Below are positions 22,186 to 36,124 of a stretch of DNA of 64,000 bases, piece after piece. Made by a program: the position numbers and the translations under genes. The stretch covers positions 23,250,001 to 23,314,000 of the forward strand of contig NC_086106.1 of the NCBI RefSeq assembly GCF_963921235.1, written 5' to 3'. Below the pieces are notes generated by a model. It did no database searches and had not been told where the DNA came from. It saw only the letters and a list, made by a program, of their open reading frames with translations. This DNA is from Mobula hypostoma (Eukaryota). Positions within the stretch are counted from its first letter, which is position 1, and each line of letters starts with the position of its first letter.

Positions 22186-25100
22186 AGTCTTTCAGGCATG
22201 TTACCTTGGTCTTGTTTGGTACATGGGACAATGGTTTTCTGAGTATAATCACAAACAATGATAAAGTAATACATAGCGTTAATTCAGGATGTTCTGTATT
22301 AACATTAACTTCATGTTATGTAATAGCAACGGCCGTAAAAGAAACTTGTGACCCGTGTTATGTCTATTAATTATATTTCAACGATTAATGCAGTGATGAT
22401 CTCTTTCATTTTCGTGAGGGAACAGGATCGCATTAAGGCATTCCGCTTCTTCACTTTAGGTATACTTAATGACTGTTGACAGCGTTGGCAATAAATACCC
22501 TAATGCTGTAAGAGATTCAAAATACCCCTAAACAACGACGGCGTACGGTAGCAGCCGTTATTCAGATCTCCATCCAGAGTGTTCGGCTGCATTGGGCTTA
22601 GGTAAATTGTTAATGTGCTGCTAAATCTGTCTTTTCTTTATTGTGACGAATTGTTGTAGTAACGTTTATGTTCTCCTTCAGCTAAAGCACTCCAAAAATA
22701 CTGCGTGTACCAATGTTTGTTTCCCTTTGTGAAGAACAGAGCTCCTACGTTTGCATTTTTTTTTCTGATACGTTCCTGCTCCTACTCCAATTTTCCCAAA
22801 ATGAAGTAATTGCAAACTATAATGAGATTTTCTATGACCTGTTTCTGCTCTCTGATCAACTGTTTTCCTCACTCCATTTATTTGTGACTGTTGCTTGCTA
22901 GGGCTACCAGTTGTTGTTTCAGTGTTTTGAGTAACTGAGCCAGCAATTTGTCAAATTAATTGTCCCACATCGGACTCAATTTACCGATTCACTTCACAGG
23001 CAAATTCAGTATGTACCTGTTTAGTTTGGGTTCTTTCACACATGCGAACTAATTAAAGTAAGCTTGCTAACTCCTTTCCCCGGAGCGACTGGAGGATAGA
23101 GAAATACATTTGAGGATGTGGTGCTCGTCAGTTATGCCCTCAGACCTGCACCAGTGCACCGCGAATGCAAGACAGAAACAACCCGAAAAGAATGCTGTTG
23201 CATCTGATTACCGGGTCCACCATGCGGTTCAGGTCAAGCGACAGAAGTCCAGGTACGCGTTAAATACGACTCAGGAGCATGTTTGTTCATTGCCCTGCTA
23301 ATGTGTCCGGAGTTGACAACATACTATAGAACCAATAATAACACAGCACAGGAGATAGTTATGAACGATTATTTTGCGCTTCCTTTCTCTTTCACACAGC
23401 CTTCCATGCTTCTTTCATACATCTGCACGTCTTTTTTGTTTCTTATAAGTCCTTAACGTATCGGCTTTCACCATTACCTCGAATATCGCTTTGCACGCAA
23501 ATGCCGCATACTGTGTAAAAATATTTTTGAGAAATCCAACTGGATTTTTTAAAACCAAATTATAACCATGAATCAGTGGTTTTCCGGCGTATATGAGGAA
23601 TATGCATTCGTCCAGCTTCCAAACCGTCACAGGTATAGATTCTGGCCAAAGGTTCGATGCCAAACACTTCCAGCTTTGTCAGTGATGATGCCTCGGCATT
23701 TCAAATGAGGCGGTATATATTCTTCTGTCGTCCGTCTCTCCTGATTGGTTAGCCCTCATGCAATCAGACTTCAGGTGTCTACCATGTCTATAATGTCATT
23801 CCAGGGCTTACTTCAAACGACCTATTTGTCTTTGACAAAAAGATTTTCTCAAGTTTTAGTTCCATGACTTCCTTCAAAAAATACTACCAAATGTCACTGG
23901 CGTAGTACAGTGATTTTAGGCCGTGGAACTCAATCCAATGACCATTCTGAATGCAATGCTCTGCTATCGCTGAATCCTCCGGGAAACCTGAACGGATACA
24001 TCACCCTGTGGATGTTTGATTCACTTTCTCCTCCATTGCAGAAATTGTAAACTTGCACACTTTCGACTTTGCGAAATGTTTAGATTGAAATGTACCCATT
24101 TACATAACTACAAACTTTGAAACTATTGTACTAATTGATAAACACGCAGGCCATTGTAATCTGGTGCTATGTCAACATGTTTCTGACACTGTTAATAAGA
24201 TATGCGACTTCATTTACTGATCTACAAACTCTCTTCGTATTACTGCAACAACTCTGAAGCTAGCGTCTGCGTCTGTTTTCAGACACTGTGGTCTCCCGTT
24301 GGGCAATTCAAATCTAGTAGCAGAAAGAGGTATTGAGACTAAGGGTTTAAACTTGTTGATTTGAGCTGAGGGGATAACTGTCTTGAGAGCTGAGCAGAAA
24401 TGAATGCCAAAAAATGATGTTGTGAATATGAACCTAAATGAACATTGTAAGCCACCACATAGTTGATGAAACTTTGACATGACTGGCTTGGCGTTTCCAT
24501 TATATTTATTTCGCGAGAACGGGGTGTGACAATCATGAACCAATCAAGAAACTTTTTTCAGAATGTGCAAATTATAGAGATATTTGACCATGTTTGCCTA
24601 TATGATAGGTCATTTGACCTTTATATGATGGAGCAATGCGTTAGGCGATTCAGATCGGCCTAGAACAAACAAAAACACCAGCTGGAGCTACTGCATTTCT
24701 GGTTAAATATCCGAATTTGGTTTCTTTTCAAACATAATGTAAAAAGGTTCAAGAAATGGATATTTTAAAGTGGTACCACACTAATAAAGACAATGGATTA
24801 AATGAAAAAGAAAATGCAGGAGGGAATCAGCAAATCCTGTTGATAGATTGGAAGTGGAAAAATATAATTCAGGTTCCATATTGATGACGCTGTTTAAGAT
24901 GAATGTAGTCTCAGGATGAGGATGTCCTTTCCAGAGTTAAACGTGGGCCACAGACATCTTGCAGATCTTGCCTGCCTGCTTATTAACTTCCAAATTTTGG
25001 CTCCTGATTTCTGACCAAGGTAGCTCGAACTGAAACATTGAACAGACGTCCTATTAAAAGTTGCGGCCTGACCTGATAATGATGGAAAATATTCTGCCTT

Positions 25101-25239
25101 TCTTGATGTTGTTGTTCATGCTGGTTTGCATGTTTTGTTTTGTCTGTTGCTACGTCAGAGGAATTGCACTGATTAACTTAATTATACCAATGTTTGCATT
25201 ACAGAATGGGAATGTTAATAAATATTTGGCATTTTTTAT

Positions 25240-25468
25240 ATAGGCTTCAGTTAGTCTCATGAGACCGTGGATTTGCGTCTTGGAAGGTTTCCAGGGCTCA
25301 GGCCTGTGCAAGGTTGCATGGAAGACCAGCAGTTGCCCATGTTTGAAGTCTCTCCTCTCCACGCCACTGATGTTGTCCAATAAAAGGGCATTAGGACCCA
25401 TACAGCTTTACACTGGTGTCGTCGCAGCACAATGTATGAGAAAGTGCCTTGCTCAAGGACACACACGC
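25240..25468 (-). mobile_element. tRNA-derived SINE, 5'-truncated
   Basis: Homologous to 17315-17540. Confidence 0.7.
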
Positions 25469-25568
25469 ATTAGATCTCACTTAAATTGATTAACAAATTG
25501 ATTTTCCAACGTCGTCGAGACAAATTCCCATGATGGAGATTTATCCTGCTGTACTTCCATGTTTTTAG

Positions 25569-26840
25569 TATCATAAGGAAGTGGTTGGGAACGGACCCAA
25601 GTGCAAGACACAGGCACTGAAGTACTAGGGACAGGACTAGGATACAGGGCGATGGCAAGTGCATGGACATGAAAACCAGGAATCTGGAACAGGACTGGAC
25701 AAAAGAGCTAGGAGCCCGGGCTTGGACTCCGAGCCAGAGACTGGACAAGGACCCAGTACCTGAGTAGTGCCTCTCGCTCGGGCCCCATACTAGGCAAGGA
25801 CGAGGCCTGGCTGGCAGGCAGGAGTCGGCTGGAATCTTAGAGAATTGCTGCTTGCTTCGTAGGAGGCAGGACAGTTGAGGCGAGGCTTGGCAGGAGGCAG
25901 AAGACTTGAGGCGAGGTTTGACAGGAGGTAGGAGGCTGGAGAGTTGAGGGGAGGCTTGGCAGGACGCCGGAGTATTCAGTCTTGAGGATTAGCAGCAGGC
26001 TGTTGTCTTCAGGCTTGAGGCTAGAGGCTAGAGACTAGGCAGGAGTCTGTAGTCTTCAAGTTTGAGGCTAGGCAGGAGTCTGGAGTCTTCAGGCTTGAGG
26101 GTAGGTAGCAGGATGAAGTCCTCAGGTTTCAAGCTAGGCAAGAGGCTGGAGTCTTCAGGCTTGAGTCTAGGCAGGAGGATGGAGTCTTCAGGCTTGAGGC
26201 TAAGCAGGATGCTGGAGTCTTCAGGCTTGAGGCTAGGCTGGAGGATGGGGTCTTCAGGCTTGAGACAAGGCTGGAGGATGGGGTCTTCAGGCTTGAGACT
26301 AGGCAGGCTCCTCCTGGGCAGTGCGCTATTTACCTGGGCAGGGTGCGGTACTCCTTGGCAGGGCGCAGTACTGCTGGTCTGGGTGCGGATCACCACCCGA
26401 GAGAGGCAAGTGACAGGAAGCGACAGAACCAACCACAGGTAACGGCAAGGTGGCTTGGCTTACCTGGGCGGAGGCAAGGGACAGGAAGGGCGCTAGGTAC
26501 AGGGTGGCTCCAGCACAAGACAGCAAGACAGGGGAAGGCTTCTGACAAAGCAAGGCGAGACGAGACCTTCAGGCGAAGCGAGAGTTGCCGGCAAGGCAAG
26601 GTTTGGTTTCAGGCGAGGAAAGAGAAGGCAGAGCAAGGGATACAAGGAGTAAGGACAAGAACAATCCAGCAACCACGCACTGGTCTCTGGAGGTATTTAT
26701 GCAGGCAGCTCCAATAAGCATCATCTGTCTCAATTAGAGCTAAACAAGAACAGAAACAGGGTAAACAGGAAAACCTGGAGAAAGGGTCCATGGACCGGAC
26801 CGTGAGCCGGAATATGGACTTCACAGATTGGACCATGACA
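25569..26840 (-). mobile_element. Solo LTR (family of 6227-8431) with internal ~30-bp tandem repeat
   Basis: T(A)TCA...TGACA termini; flanks TTTAG / ATTAG (5-bp TSD with 1 mismatch); GGAGTCTTCAGGCTTGAGGCTAGGCAGGA-type repeats at ~26000-26310. Confidence 0.75.
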
Positions 26841-28689
26841 ATTAGACATTACATTGCGAAGAAGGTTCTACGTACATAATTACGCATTCTGCCGATAATG
26901 TTGTGAATGAATCACGGTTTACTCGTAAGATAATTCATTATCTCAGAATCAAACAGTAGCATACGTGCAAAATGCCTCTCCACATACTGAAATTTCAGCA
27001 GGCGACAAAGATGGTGGTCAAGTTACACAGGACGGTGCAGTAATCTGTTTCAAAATCCCGCATTATCGGCACGTGTCCTACTGCGTCTTTAAACCACTTC
27101 GTATAACATACAACAGTACAATAATGTTATTTGCTGTACCAGTGTTGCGTCAAAAATATGATGGAAACGCTTCAAAGTAAATGAAATCGTCTGGTGATGT
27201 TGAACGATTTAAATGTGTTTTTCAGAATGTCTTCAGTGGGAGATTGGGAATGAACGGCTCTTCTTTAGACACGTTTATACACGGGAATTTTTGTTCAATC
27301 CTCGGTTTCCTTCTTCCGGCAGAGGCGCTATCTCGTAAGCACATTTCTCTGCATGTATTCTATTTCCTTGTGCAATGCTGTTCTCGGGCATGGACAAGTA
27401 ACTTGGAGGCATATATCCGTTTTTTGCCGATCGTTAGTTGAGTATTATTGGCAGATTATAAATAGAAGCATTACAGTTTAATTGGTTCCGCTTAACCGTT
27501 AAACGCCCTTTACCAGAAATACTTAGGTACTGCAGAAACGCCTGGCGATAATTGCATCCTGGTGTCGTTCTTCCGTTTTCTAGATTGTAAACTACCTGGA
27601 GGAAAATGTCTCAATTCTCTATTATTTCCTGCGCTTCGTTATTGTTTTGTCTACAGGATGATCTCAATTGCTTCAGTGAAAAAAAAAATAGTAAATAACA
27701 GTACTGTTAACAATTACGTGAAATAACGCTGTAAACAATTACCTTACCATTATGTTCCCACTATCTTCGTTGTACCGACCTAGGGCCTCTAGCTCCACTT
27801 TTCAGAGAGCTAAATCTCTTCTCCACAGATATCAATCTAAATGCATAGCATTTCTGAGGTGCACGGGTCGTGATAATGCGACTCGGAAACAACCCTATAT
27901 GTAACGTAAATATCTCGTTTTTTACCTTTTGCAAGTTTCTTTTGAAGACCCTGACCTGGAGTCACAATCCTAATTCCCTTCTCTCCGGGAATCGGGCTCA
28001 CTGTCAATGCGTCACGACCGGCCGTTTCTTAATATCCCAAGGACCCGGCATGGACGAGTGGGTGCCAGATTTACGTGCCTCAGGAGACATGGTGATTCAA
28101 GACCGTTGGATCAACGGCCGAGGCGTCGTGGGAGAACAGGGAACATCGGGTGCAGAGCGTTAGCTGTCGGATATGTATCCAGAGACGTGAGCCTTTGGGC
28201 CAAATGTCTGGGTGCACAACTTGGAAAATGCAACGCAACACACTTCTAACAAAAGAAATCAGCGAGATGTGTGTTAAATCTCTCCTCTTGCTGTGAAAAG
28301 GGGTCACATCTTTTATTTTTCCCTTATTAGGGAGAAAACCAGAGGCCCGAAGTTTTGCAAATGTCACTTTGTTCATTCAGAAGGATGGAGGAAAAACATA
28401 ACAAATTATAAGCCATTTCGGCATTCTGCAGTGATAAGCAATTTCTGAGAGGTTATTGTTAAGGAAGAAGCATTGATATATTTGGAAGTTCGTAATAAAT
28501 TACGCAGAGGTGCTAATGGTTTAACTGAGGGTATATGTTGTCCAACAAAATATATTGGAAATATTTGAGAATGTAGCAGGCAGGATATACGTATGAGAGT
28601 CTGCAAATGACGTTTAGTCCGAAAGCTTTTGGAAGTCTGTTGACAAGGGCTGAATATTCGCTGCCGAATAACAGCTCATCGCTCTTAGC

Positions 28690-29350
28690 CGAAAGGATGG
28701 AAGAAACATAACTGCTAAGATGGATAGGAGGCAAGGAGTGGAATTAAAGGCATACTTTTCTGGTAGGCTGCTGGTGACTACTGTTGTTCCCCGGGGCTGG
28801 TTTTGTGACTGCTTCATTTCACGTTGTATGTCCATGAACTGGGAAACGGAGTTGACAGCATTCTGACCAATCTTGCAGAAGATACAAAAATAAGTCGAGG
28901 GGAGGTCAATGTTGACGATGCAGAAAAAAAAGCGAGTACAGACGTGTCAGAGTCAGAAGATCTATAACATGTACACTGGTAAAGGGAATAGTGGAGTTAA
29001 ATATTTTCTGAACCGGTGAAAATTTAGAAACCAGAGTTGAAGAGGGACTTAGGAGTCCGAGTGCATGCAGAGGCAACAGTATAAAAGGAGGCCTATTATT
29101 AAACAGATTTGGAGTATGAAGATCAGCTCTGCTCAACTTATGCAAAACAAAGATTTTCGGGCTTTGGAAAGAGTCAATGGAATGTTTTGACAAACGTTGC
29201 CTCGAAATGAAAGAGTTAACGAGTAAGAACCATCTGATTCTTCTGGTTTCTTACTCGCTGGAATTTAGGAAAATTTGTGAAGAGCGAGTGAGCATACTGA
29301 ATCCATTACAATACTGAGATGTCCAAATGGAATTGAACGTCAGAGGCTGT
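28690..29350 (+). mobile_element. Old CR1 RT fragment
   Basis: Degenerate match to the RT region seen in the younger CR1 copies at 32373-33435 and 47470-47925. Confidence 0.55.
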
Positions 29351-30392
29351 TTCGTACACTGGGAGAGTCCAGGAGAAGAACAAACAGATTCAGAATCAGA
29401 ATCAGAATCAGGATTATTATCACGGATATGTAACTTGAAATTTGCAAACTTAGGTGCAGCATTTCAATGCAATACATAATCTAACAGATTAAAAAAATAA
29501 TAAATAAATAAACAATAATAATAATAATAATTAGACAAGTAAATCAATTAGGTAGGTTGAACAGAGTTCTTTTTTAATGTGCTGAAAGTGAAATACTGTA
29601 TATCCTAAAAAGTGAGGTAGTGTCCACAGATTCAATGTCAACGTAGGAATCGGATGGCCGGGGGATGTGATGTGGGTAAATTTGTTCCTAATTCGCTGAA
29701 TGTGTGCCTTCGGGTTTCCGTTCTTCCTACCTGATGGGGACAGTGAAAGGAAAAAATGCATTCCATGGGTGCTGAAGGTCCTTTCTAATGGACGCTAACT
29801 CTCTGAGACAACGCTTCCTGAAGATATCCTGTGTACTTGAGGAATATACCCAAGATGAAGCCTACTCTCAGAGTAAGCGTCAATACGTGCCCAGAGAACG
29901 GAGATGACGGGGAATTTATTGAGCCAAAGGGTATCTGAAACTCGAGAATTCAATGTCATAAACAGTTGTGGAGTTCAATATGCGATATATATTTAACTAC
30001 AGTTTGTTAGTATCTTGGTTGCGATCAAGTACATGAAAGATTACATGGACAATACGTGAGAATTCCGTTGAAGGGCAATAAAATTAATGCGACCGAATGC
30101 TGCAGCAGCCTTGCTCGTGTTACTGGTATAATTCTGCTTATATGTCACAGGCTTAGTCTACTCTTTTTTTCTGTGTTACATGATTGATGTTTGACGATAT
30201 GAAATAGTACTTCATACTCCGTCAATATGATTAGCGTTTGATAGCAATTCAAGGAACATTTAAGGTTCAAGTCAATCAAATAAAGTTCTGCGCCTGGTAA
30301 CAATGCGTTTTCTCTACCTTTCAATATTTGATTTTCCCGATGCTTTGGATTGGTTCGCCATCTAGCGAACTTTCACTGAATTAGAACTTATA

Positions 30393-30431
30393 TGCTTTTG
30401 TCTGAGTCCGCTATGCTGCTGCAACACACTG
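30393..30431 (-). other. Degenerate 23-bp RSS of pseudogene V
   Basis: Minus strand CAGTGTG + 23 nt + ACAAAAGCA; the critical third heptamer base is altered. Confidence 0.75.
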
Positions 30432-30917
30432 AGATTCATGGCACAGAGCTGCACGGCAGAGTCGGAGCTAAATGTCTTGTCGATTCTTAGCACCGTATCT
30501 TTAGCAGTTTTATTGAATGTAGACGAGATTCGGTCGGTGAGAGTACTATTCATGTACAGCAGCCGTGAAGCGATACGAAGCAGATAATCTGGATCCAGGT
30601 CGGAGAGCTGGCTATTCCTATACCCGTATGGGATTTTATCGGTTGTTTGCAAGGTGCATTTAAGTCTTCTATTACTTTTCTCATCGCGCTGCATTTCACT
30701 AACCGACTAGATCAGACTGTCTTGAATGTTACAGACTAATAGAGTGAAAAGAGCAGATCTGTCAACAACATTGCTTTATTCAACTTATTGAAAGAGGTTT
30801 CACCAATAACAAAACAACGTTTTAGTTGAAATTCAAGAAATGTTTGAATTTACTGCGACGGAAATACTTACCAAAAAGTGGTATTGTCATCAGAAGCACC
30901 TGCAGGTGGTTGTTCAT
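30432..30917 (-). pseudogene. TCR V pseudogene (leader 30917-30872, intron 30871-30736, V exon 30735-30432)
   Basis: Leader MNNHLQVLLMTIPLF with GTAAGT donor and CTATTAG acceptor. V reads VCNIQDSLI*SVSEMQRDEKSNRRLKCTLQTTDKIPYGYRNSQ...RISSTFNKTAKDTVLRIDKTFSSDSAVQLCAMN. In-frame TAG at 30709-30707; WYRQ decayed to RNSQ (AGG at 30619-30617). Confidence 0.85.
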
Positions 30918-30958
30918 GGAGATTATTGAGTCTGTAATTTGGCTACCTCAGTAACAAT

Positions 30959-31813
30959 TGTTACGAGAATACACATAAAATTAAGATGTTTGCTGGCCTG
31001 GGTTAGCATCAGTGACATCAGCAGTTGGTCTGCCACCTTGCCTCAGGGGAAGGAGAGATTAGGAACAATGGAGCAGCGTCTGGAGATGTGTAATGAAGGG
31101 ACGTGGGAGAGAGAGAGAGCTGTCTGGAGCGGCTCCCCCTTTGAACCCTGAACTGTTTGAAGTGATGGACAAGCGATACCCCAGCAGGGGGATAAAAAGG
31201 GACAAGTTCGCTAAGACAGACACACGCCACCCGAGGTAACGGGACCCTGGAAGCGGTGAGCCTCTCACGATTGGGTGAGAAGTATCGGACAACGACCAGG
31301 GTGGAAAGGTACGATCAGCGGGAACCCGGTGTGTGTCCGCCCTTGCCTGGGTGCCGGGTTCACTGCAGAGGATCGTCCGCATCTGGAGGAGGTGTCACAG
31401 TCGGTGACCTCAGGTGACATCACCAACGACCCGCCCAAAAGTTGCTTGTGAGCATCTCGCCGGTCTGTGAGTGAAGCAGTGTTCTGAATGATCAGTTGTT
31501 CCTGTTCTATCTCTCTCTTCCCCCACGTTGTCCATCGCCATGGCAACGATTACTGCGAACTGAACTGGACTCAACTTTGAGTCATTTTGAAATTTGGTCA
31601 TTTACCCCTAGACAACGATAGAGCTTGATTGATGCTGTTATCTTAATTCTGTGCACATGTGTGTCTATCATCGCTGAACTGTTGCATTTATTATCCTTTC
31701 GATTACTGTGTTGCTTGTTTCTTTAATAAAACTTTATTAGTTCTAGTACTCCAGACTCCAACTGAGTGATCCATTTCTGCTGGTTTGGCAACCCAGTTAC
31801 GGGGTACGTAACA
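30959..31813 (+). mobile_element. Solo LTR (855 bp) of the SCAN-gag Gypsy family with 4-bp TSD
   Basis: TGTTACG...CGTAACA termini flanked by CAAT (30955-30958 and 31814-31817); reverse complement of 1293-2151 with scattered substitutions. Confidence 0.95.
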
Positions 31814-32372
31814 CAATCTTTCGGAGTATAGATGCAGATCACCTTTCCCAGCAGCCTGTTGTATGAACGAATCAGAAATAGCGACACCCTATAACGGTGC
31901 AACAACAGGTTGTAATATTCCGGATTCAATGCATTTGCAATCATGCGATGTTAATCATCCAACGGCGTCAGCAGTGCGCAGTTTGAAGGTACGTTCAATC
32001 GAAACTAATTATTTTCCACCATTCACTGCTACCTTTTAGTCACTCACTTTATTTTCCAACTTCGTACTCCACGGAGGGCTCAGGAAACTTGTTCGTATGA
32101 GTTTCCCTCAACGCTGATGAGATTCTGCAGCGGTGTTTTAGGTTCATGGCGCAGAGGTCAGTGCCGCAGTCAGAGGCAAAGCTTCATGGATCGTTAGAAC
32201 AGTATATGTTGTTTATTCCTCCCAGTCAATGGAAGAAAATCTGTCACTGTCACTGGAAATCTAAACCATTCTACCGCGATTAAACAGTATATTTTGTTTA
32301 TTCTTCCCCGTAGATGGAAGAAAATCTGTCACTGCCACTGGAAATCTAAAATATTCTATAGAGATATTCTGC

Positions 32373-33435
32373 AGGCTTGCCTGCAGAAGGCAGAGGGTGG
32401 TGGTGGAGGGAGTACATTCAGATTGGAGGATTGTGACTAGTGGTGTCCCACAAGGATCTGTTCTGGGACCTCTACTTCCCGTGATTTTTATTAATGACCT
32501 GGAATTTGGGGTAGAAAAGTGGGTTGCCAAGTTTGCAGACGACACAAAGGTTGGTGGTGTTGTAGACAGTGTAGAGGATTTGTGAAAGATTGCAGAGAGA
32601 CATTGATAGGATGCACAAGTGGTGGGCTGAGAAGTGGCAGATGAAGTTCAACCCGGGGAAGTGTGAGGTGGTACACTTTAAAATGACAAACTCCAAGGCA
32701 GAGTACAAAGTAAATGGCAGGATACTTGCCAGTGTGGAGGAGCAGAGGGATCTCGGGGTACATGTCCACAGATCCCTGAAAGTTGCCTCGCAGGTGGATA
32801 GGGTAGTTAAGAGAGCTTATGAGGTGTTAGCCTTCATAAGTCGAGGGATAGAGTTTAAGAGTCGCGATGTAATGATGCAGCTCTGTCGAACTCCGGTTAG
32901 GCCACACTTCGAGTAATGTGTCTAGTTCTGTTCACCTCACTATAGGAAGGATGTGGAAGCATTGGAAAGGATACAGAGGAGATTTACCAGGATGCTGCCT
33001 GGTTTAGAAAGTATGCATTATGATCTGAGATTAAGGGAGCTCGGACTTAACTCTTTGGAGAGAAGCAGGATGACAGGAGACATGATAGAGGTGCATAAGA
33101 TAATAAGAGGAGTAGATAGTGGATAGCCAGCGCCTCTTCCCCAGGGCACAATTGCTCAATTCAAGAGGACATGGCTTTAAGGTAAGGGGTAGGAAGTTCA
33201 AGGGGGATATTAGAGGAACGTTTTTTACTCAGAGAGTGGTCGGTGCGTGGAATCCACTGTCTGAGTCAGTGGTGGAGGCAGATACACTAGTGAAGTTTAA
33301 GAGACTACTATACAGGTATATGGAGGAATCTAAGTTGGGGGCTTATATGAGAGGCGGGGTTTGTGGGTCGGCACAACATTGTGGGCCGAACGGCCTGTAC
33401 TCTGCTGTACTATTCTATGTTCTATGTTCTATAAT
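32373..33435 (+). mobile_element. CR1 LINE 3' fragment (RT C-terminus and 3'UTR)
   Basis: [30 protein letters not shown]; (TTCTATG)n-type tail at ~33410-33432. Confidence 0.9.
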
Positions 33436-33689
33436 ATGAACCAAGAAGTATGGGGGCGTCCAGGTTTGCTGTTCATACTATGAAATGTCGGGTAGAACAT
33501 TGTTGTTGTTTTTTTTTAATATCAAATTTCATTTTAAAGCGTTATTACTTTGCTCACGGAACGACGGTTCCACTGAGTTTTGCAGAACCGAGTCGAATAC
33601 ACACAATATTGACTGAAAGAGTCGAAGGATGTCTGGGTGACGAGACTATAAAAATATGAGGTATGTGAAGACCTAGGTGATCACGAATT

Positions 33690-34740
33690 AGGTAAACCGC
33701 AAGACTCCCAACAAATATGTGAAGAGCAAGAGGATAGGACGTGAAAGAATATGACCAATCAAGTGCGACAGTGGAAAAGGGAACCGGAGGAGATGGCAGA
33801 GGTACTCAATGAATACTTTGCCTCTGTATTCTCTACGGAAGAAGATCTTGACGAGTGTAGGGATGACTTGCAGTGGACTGAAAAGCTTGAGCATGTAGAT
33901 ATTAAGGAATAGGTTGTGCTGGAGTTTCCCACAGAAGGTAAAGTGTGGTTGCAGACAGATCGTATTCTGCATGGAGACCGGTGACCAGTGTATGCCTCAC
34001 GGATCTGTTCTGGGATTCCTGCTCTTCCTTATTTTTACTGAAGACCTCGATCCGGAAGTGGAGGGATGCGTGAGTCAATTTGCTGATGACACGAAGGTTG
34101 GAGGTGTTGTGGATAGTGTGGAGAGCTGTCAGAGTTTACAGCGCGACATTGATAGAATGCATACTGGGCTGGGAAGAGGCAGATGGAGTTGAACCCAGAT
34201 AAATGCGAGGTAGTTAATTTTGGTCGCCCCTCTACAGCAAGGACGTGGAAACCGTAGAAAGTGTGGAGGGAGCTTTACAGAGATGTTGCCTGGATTGGGG
34301 AACATGCCTTGTGAGAATAGGTTAAATGGGCCCGGTCTTTTCTCCTTGGACGGAGGATGAGAGGTGACCTGATAGAGGTGTAGAAGATAATGAGAGACGT
34401 TGATCATATTCATAGTCAGAGGCTTTTTTTTTTCCCCAGGGCTCAAATGGCTAACACGAGACGGCCTAGTTTTAAGGTGCTTGGAAGTTGGTACAGAGGA
34501 GATGTCAGGGGTATTTTTTTCACGCAATGAGTCGTGAGTGCGTGGAATGGGCTGCCGGCGGCGCTGGTGGAGGCGGAAACAATAGGGTCTTTTAAGTGCC
34601 CCCTGGATGGGTACATAGAGCTTAACAAAATAAAGGGTTATGGGTAAGCCTAGGTAGTTTTAAGGTAAAGCTTTCTGGACCGAAGGGCTTGTATTGTGCT
34701 GTGCGTTTTCTATGTTTCTGTTGCTATGTTTCTATGTCGG
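33690..34740 (+). mobile_element. Rearranged CR1 fragments
   Basis: [30 protein letters not shown]; TTTCTATG tail at ~34708-34737. Confidence 0.8.
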
Positions 34741-34744
34741 AGCA

Positions 34745-35260
34745 GAGTTAGACAATTCGGTCAAACGACTTTGTTCAACCATTTCATTGTATACAAACAT
34801 TGTTCCTTGCCAGCCCAATGTTCTCCGATGAATCAAGAAACTGTCAACTTCTGTCTTAAGTACACAAACAATCTTGACCTTCACAGTGGCTTTTCGGAAC
34901 GCTTCCCGCAGATTTACCAGTCTCAGCCAAAATAAATTTCTCCTAATCTCAGTTCTAAAATGCAGCTGTGCCGTCTGACTCTGTACTCTTCCACGATATG
35001 ATATGCCCTCTCCACTGTCAAGGCCTTTAAACATCTGTTAGGTTTTAATTAGGTCAGTCCTTATTCTTCTGAATTCCAGTAGATACAGGCACAAGACAAG
35101 TCGCGTGTACTTCATGTGATGAGCAGCTCAGTCCTTGATTGATTTTCGTTAAATCTTTTGAGTTTGCAATGGTTCCATCACTTTCCTCCAAGGATAAGGG
35201 GGCCACGGCTGCTCACAATACTCCAAGTGAGGCTTGAATATTAAATCCTTGCTTTTAATT
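34745..35260 (-). mobile_element. Old CR1 3' fragment
   Basis: Minus-strand HFRTEIRRNLFWLRLVNL.E...LKTEVDSFL, typical of the CR1 ORF2 end. Confidence 0.65.
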
Positions 35261-36124
35261 TCTACCACAGGGACTAAACTGTGCACCTGGAAGGGATAAA
35301 GTTATGAGGCGCAGCGAGACACGGTTTTTCTTGTTGATGCTTCCTGAACCTCAAACTCTGCTGCCCTGGATAACCAATGTCAACGCCAAAATGCATACAC
35401 TTCGGCCGAATACGAAGCTGATTGATTCAACCAATAACAAGCGGCAATTGGGTTTTGGAATTCTGCAAAGATACTGGACATGAAATATTTCATTTGCTGA
35501 AAAGGAAAGGGGTGTTTCTGGTACCAACAAGTGGTTTGTCTGAGTGAAATAGAAGATGTACGCATGACCATAAATGGTGTACGGCTGCTCTGAGTTGAAC
35601 GACTTTTTTCACTGCAAGCCGTTTTTGATGAATAGACAGTGTGCTGTAGTTCCATGAGCTTTGTTGTCATCTTGTGGAGATACACGTGGCACTTGTGCAT
35701 CTCCCCGCCCACACCCCCCCCCCCCCCCGCCCACCATATTAATCCAATGTATATGGCTCTTTCTTTGGTTAGGATTCAACCTTCTATCGTAACCTAACTC
35801 CGTTAATACCTCCGGTTTCCTCTTTCTTCCTCAACTTATAGTTATTCATCCATTGAGAAAACACAGTTTGGCCAGTCTCCACTATTTCATATCCAACGAC
35901 ATATCACTGCAACTAAATTATCAACCTGCGCTGCACTTTCTCGGTATCTATGACACAATGGTCTGCAGGCCGTTATTATATTATTTTGCAGAAACTTGTT
36001 ACAACTTTATACGGAATAATTTTTATGTACAGCCTCGGCACATTGATTTTCTGCAGTACACGTGTAAGGAAGAAACGCCGTGCCTTATTTTCCAAATGGT
36101 TAAATTAAAATAACAGAACTTTCT

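Noticed and set aside
26028-26442. ORFs with repeating LKPED / ESSGLRL units
   Set aside because: Translation of the ~30-bp tandem repeat inside a solo LTR. It is not a CRISPR array (no unique spacers, eukaryotic context) and not a gene.
27990-28250. GC-richer stretch with GDMVIQD and GNIGCRA..W reminiscent of an Ig-V start
   Set aside because: The motifs are in different frames; no D-x-A-x-Y-x-C, no RSS and no leader.
32221-32357. ~50-bp direct repeat (ATGGAAGAAAATCTGTCACTG.CACTGGAAATCTAAA) just before a CR1 fragment
   Set aside because: Simple local tandem duplication with no further structure.
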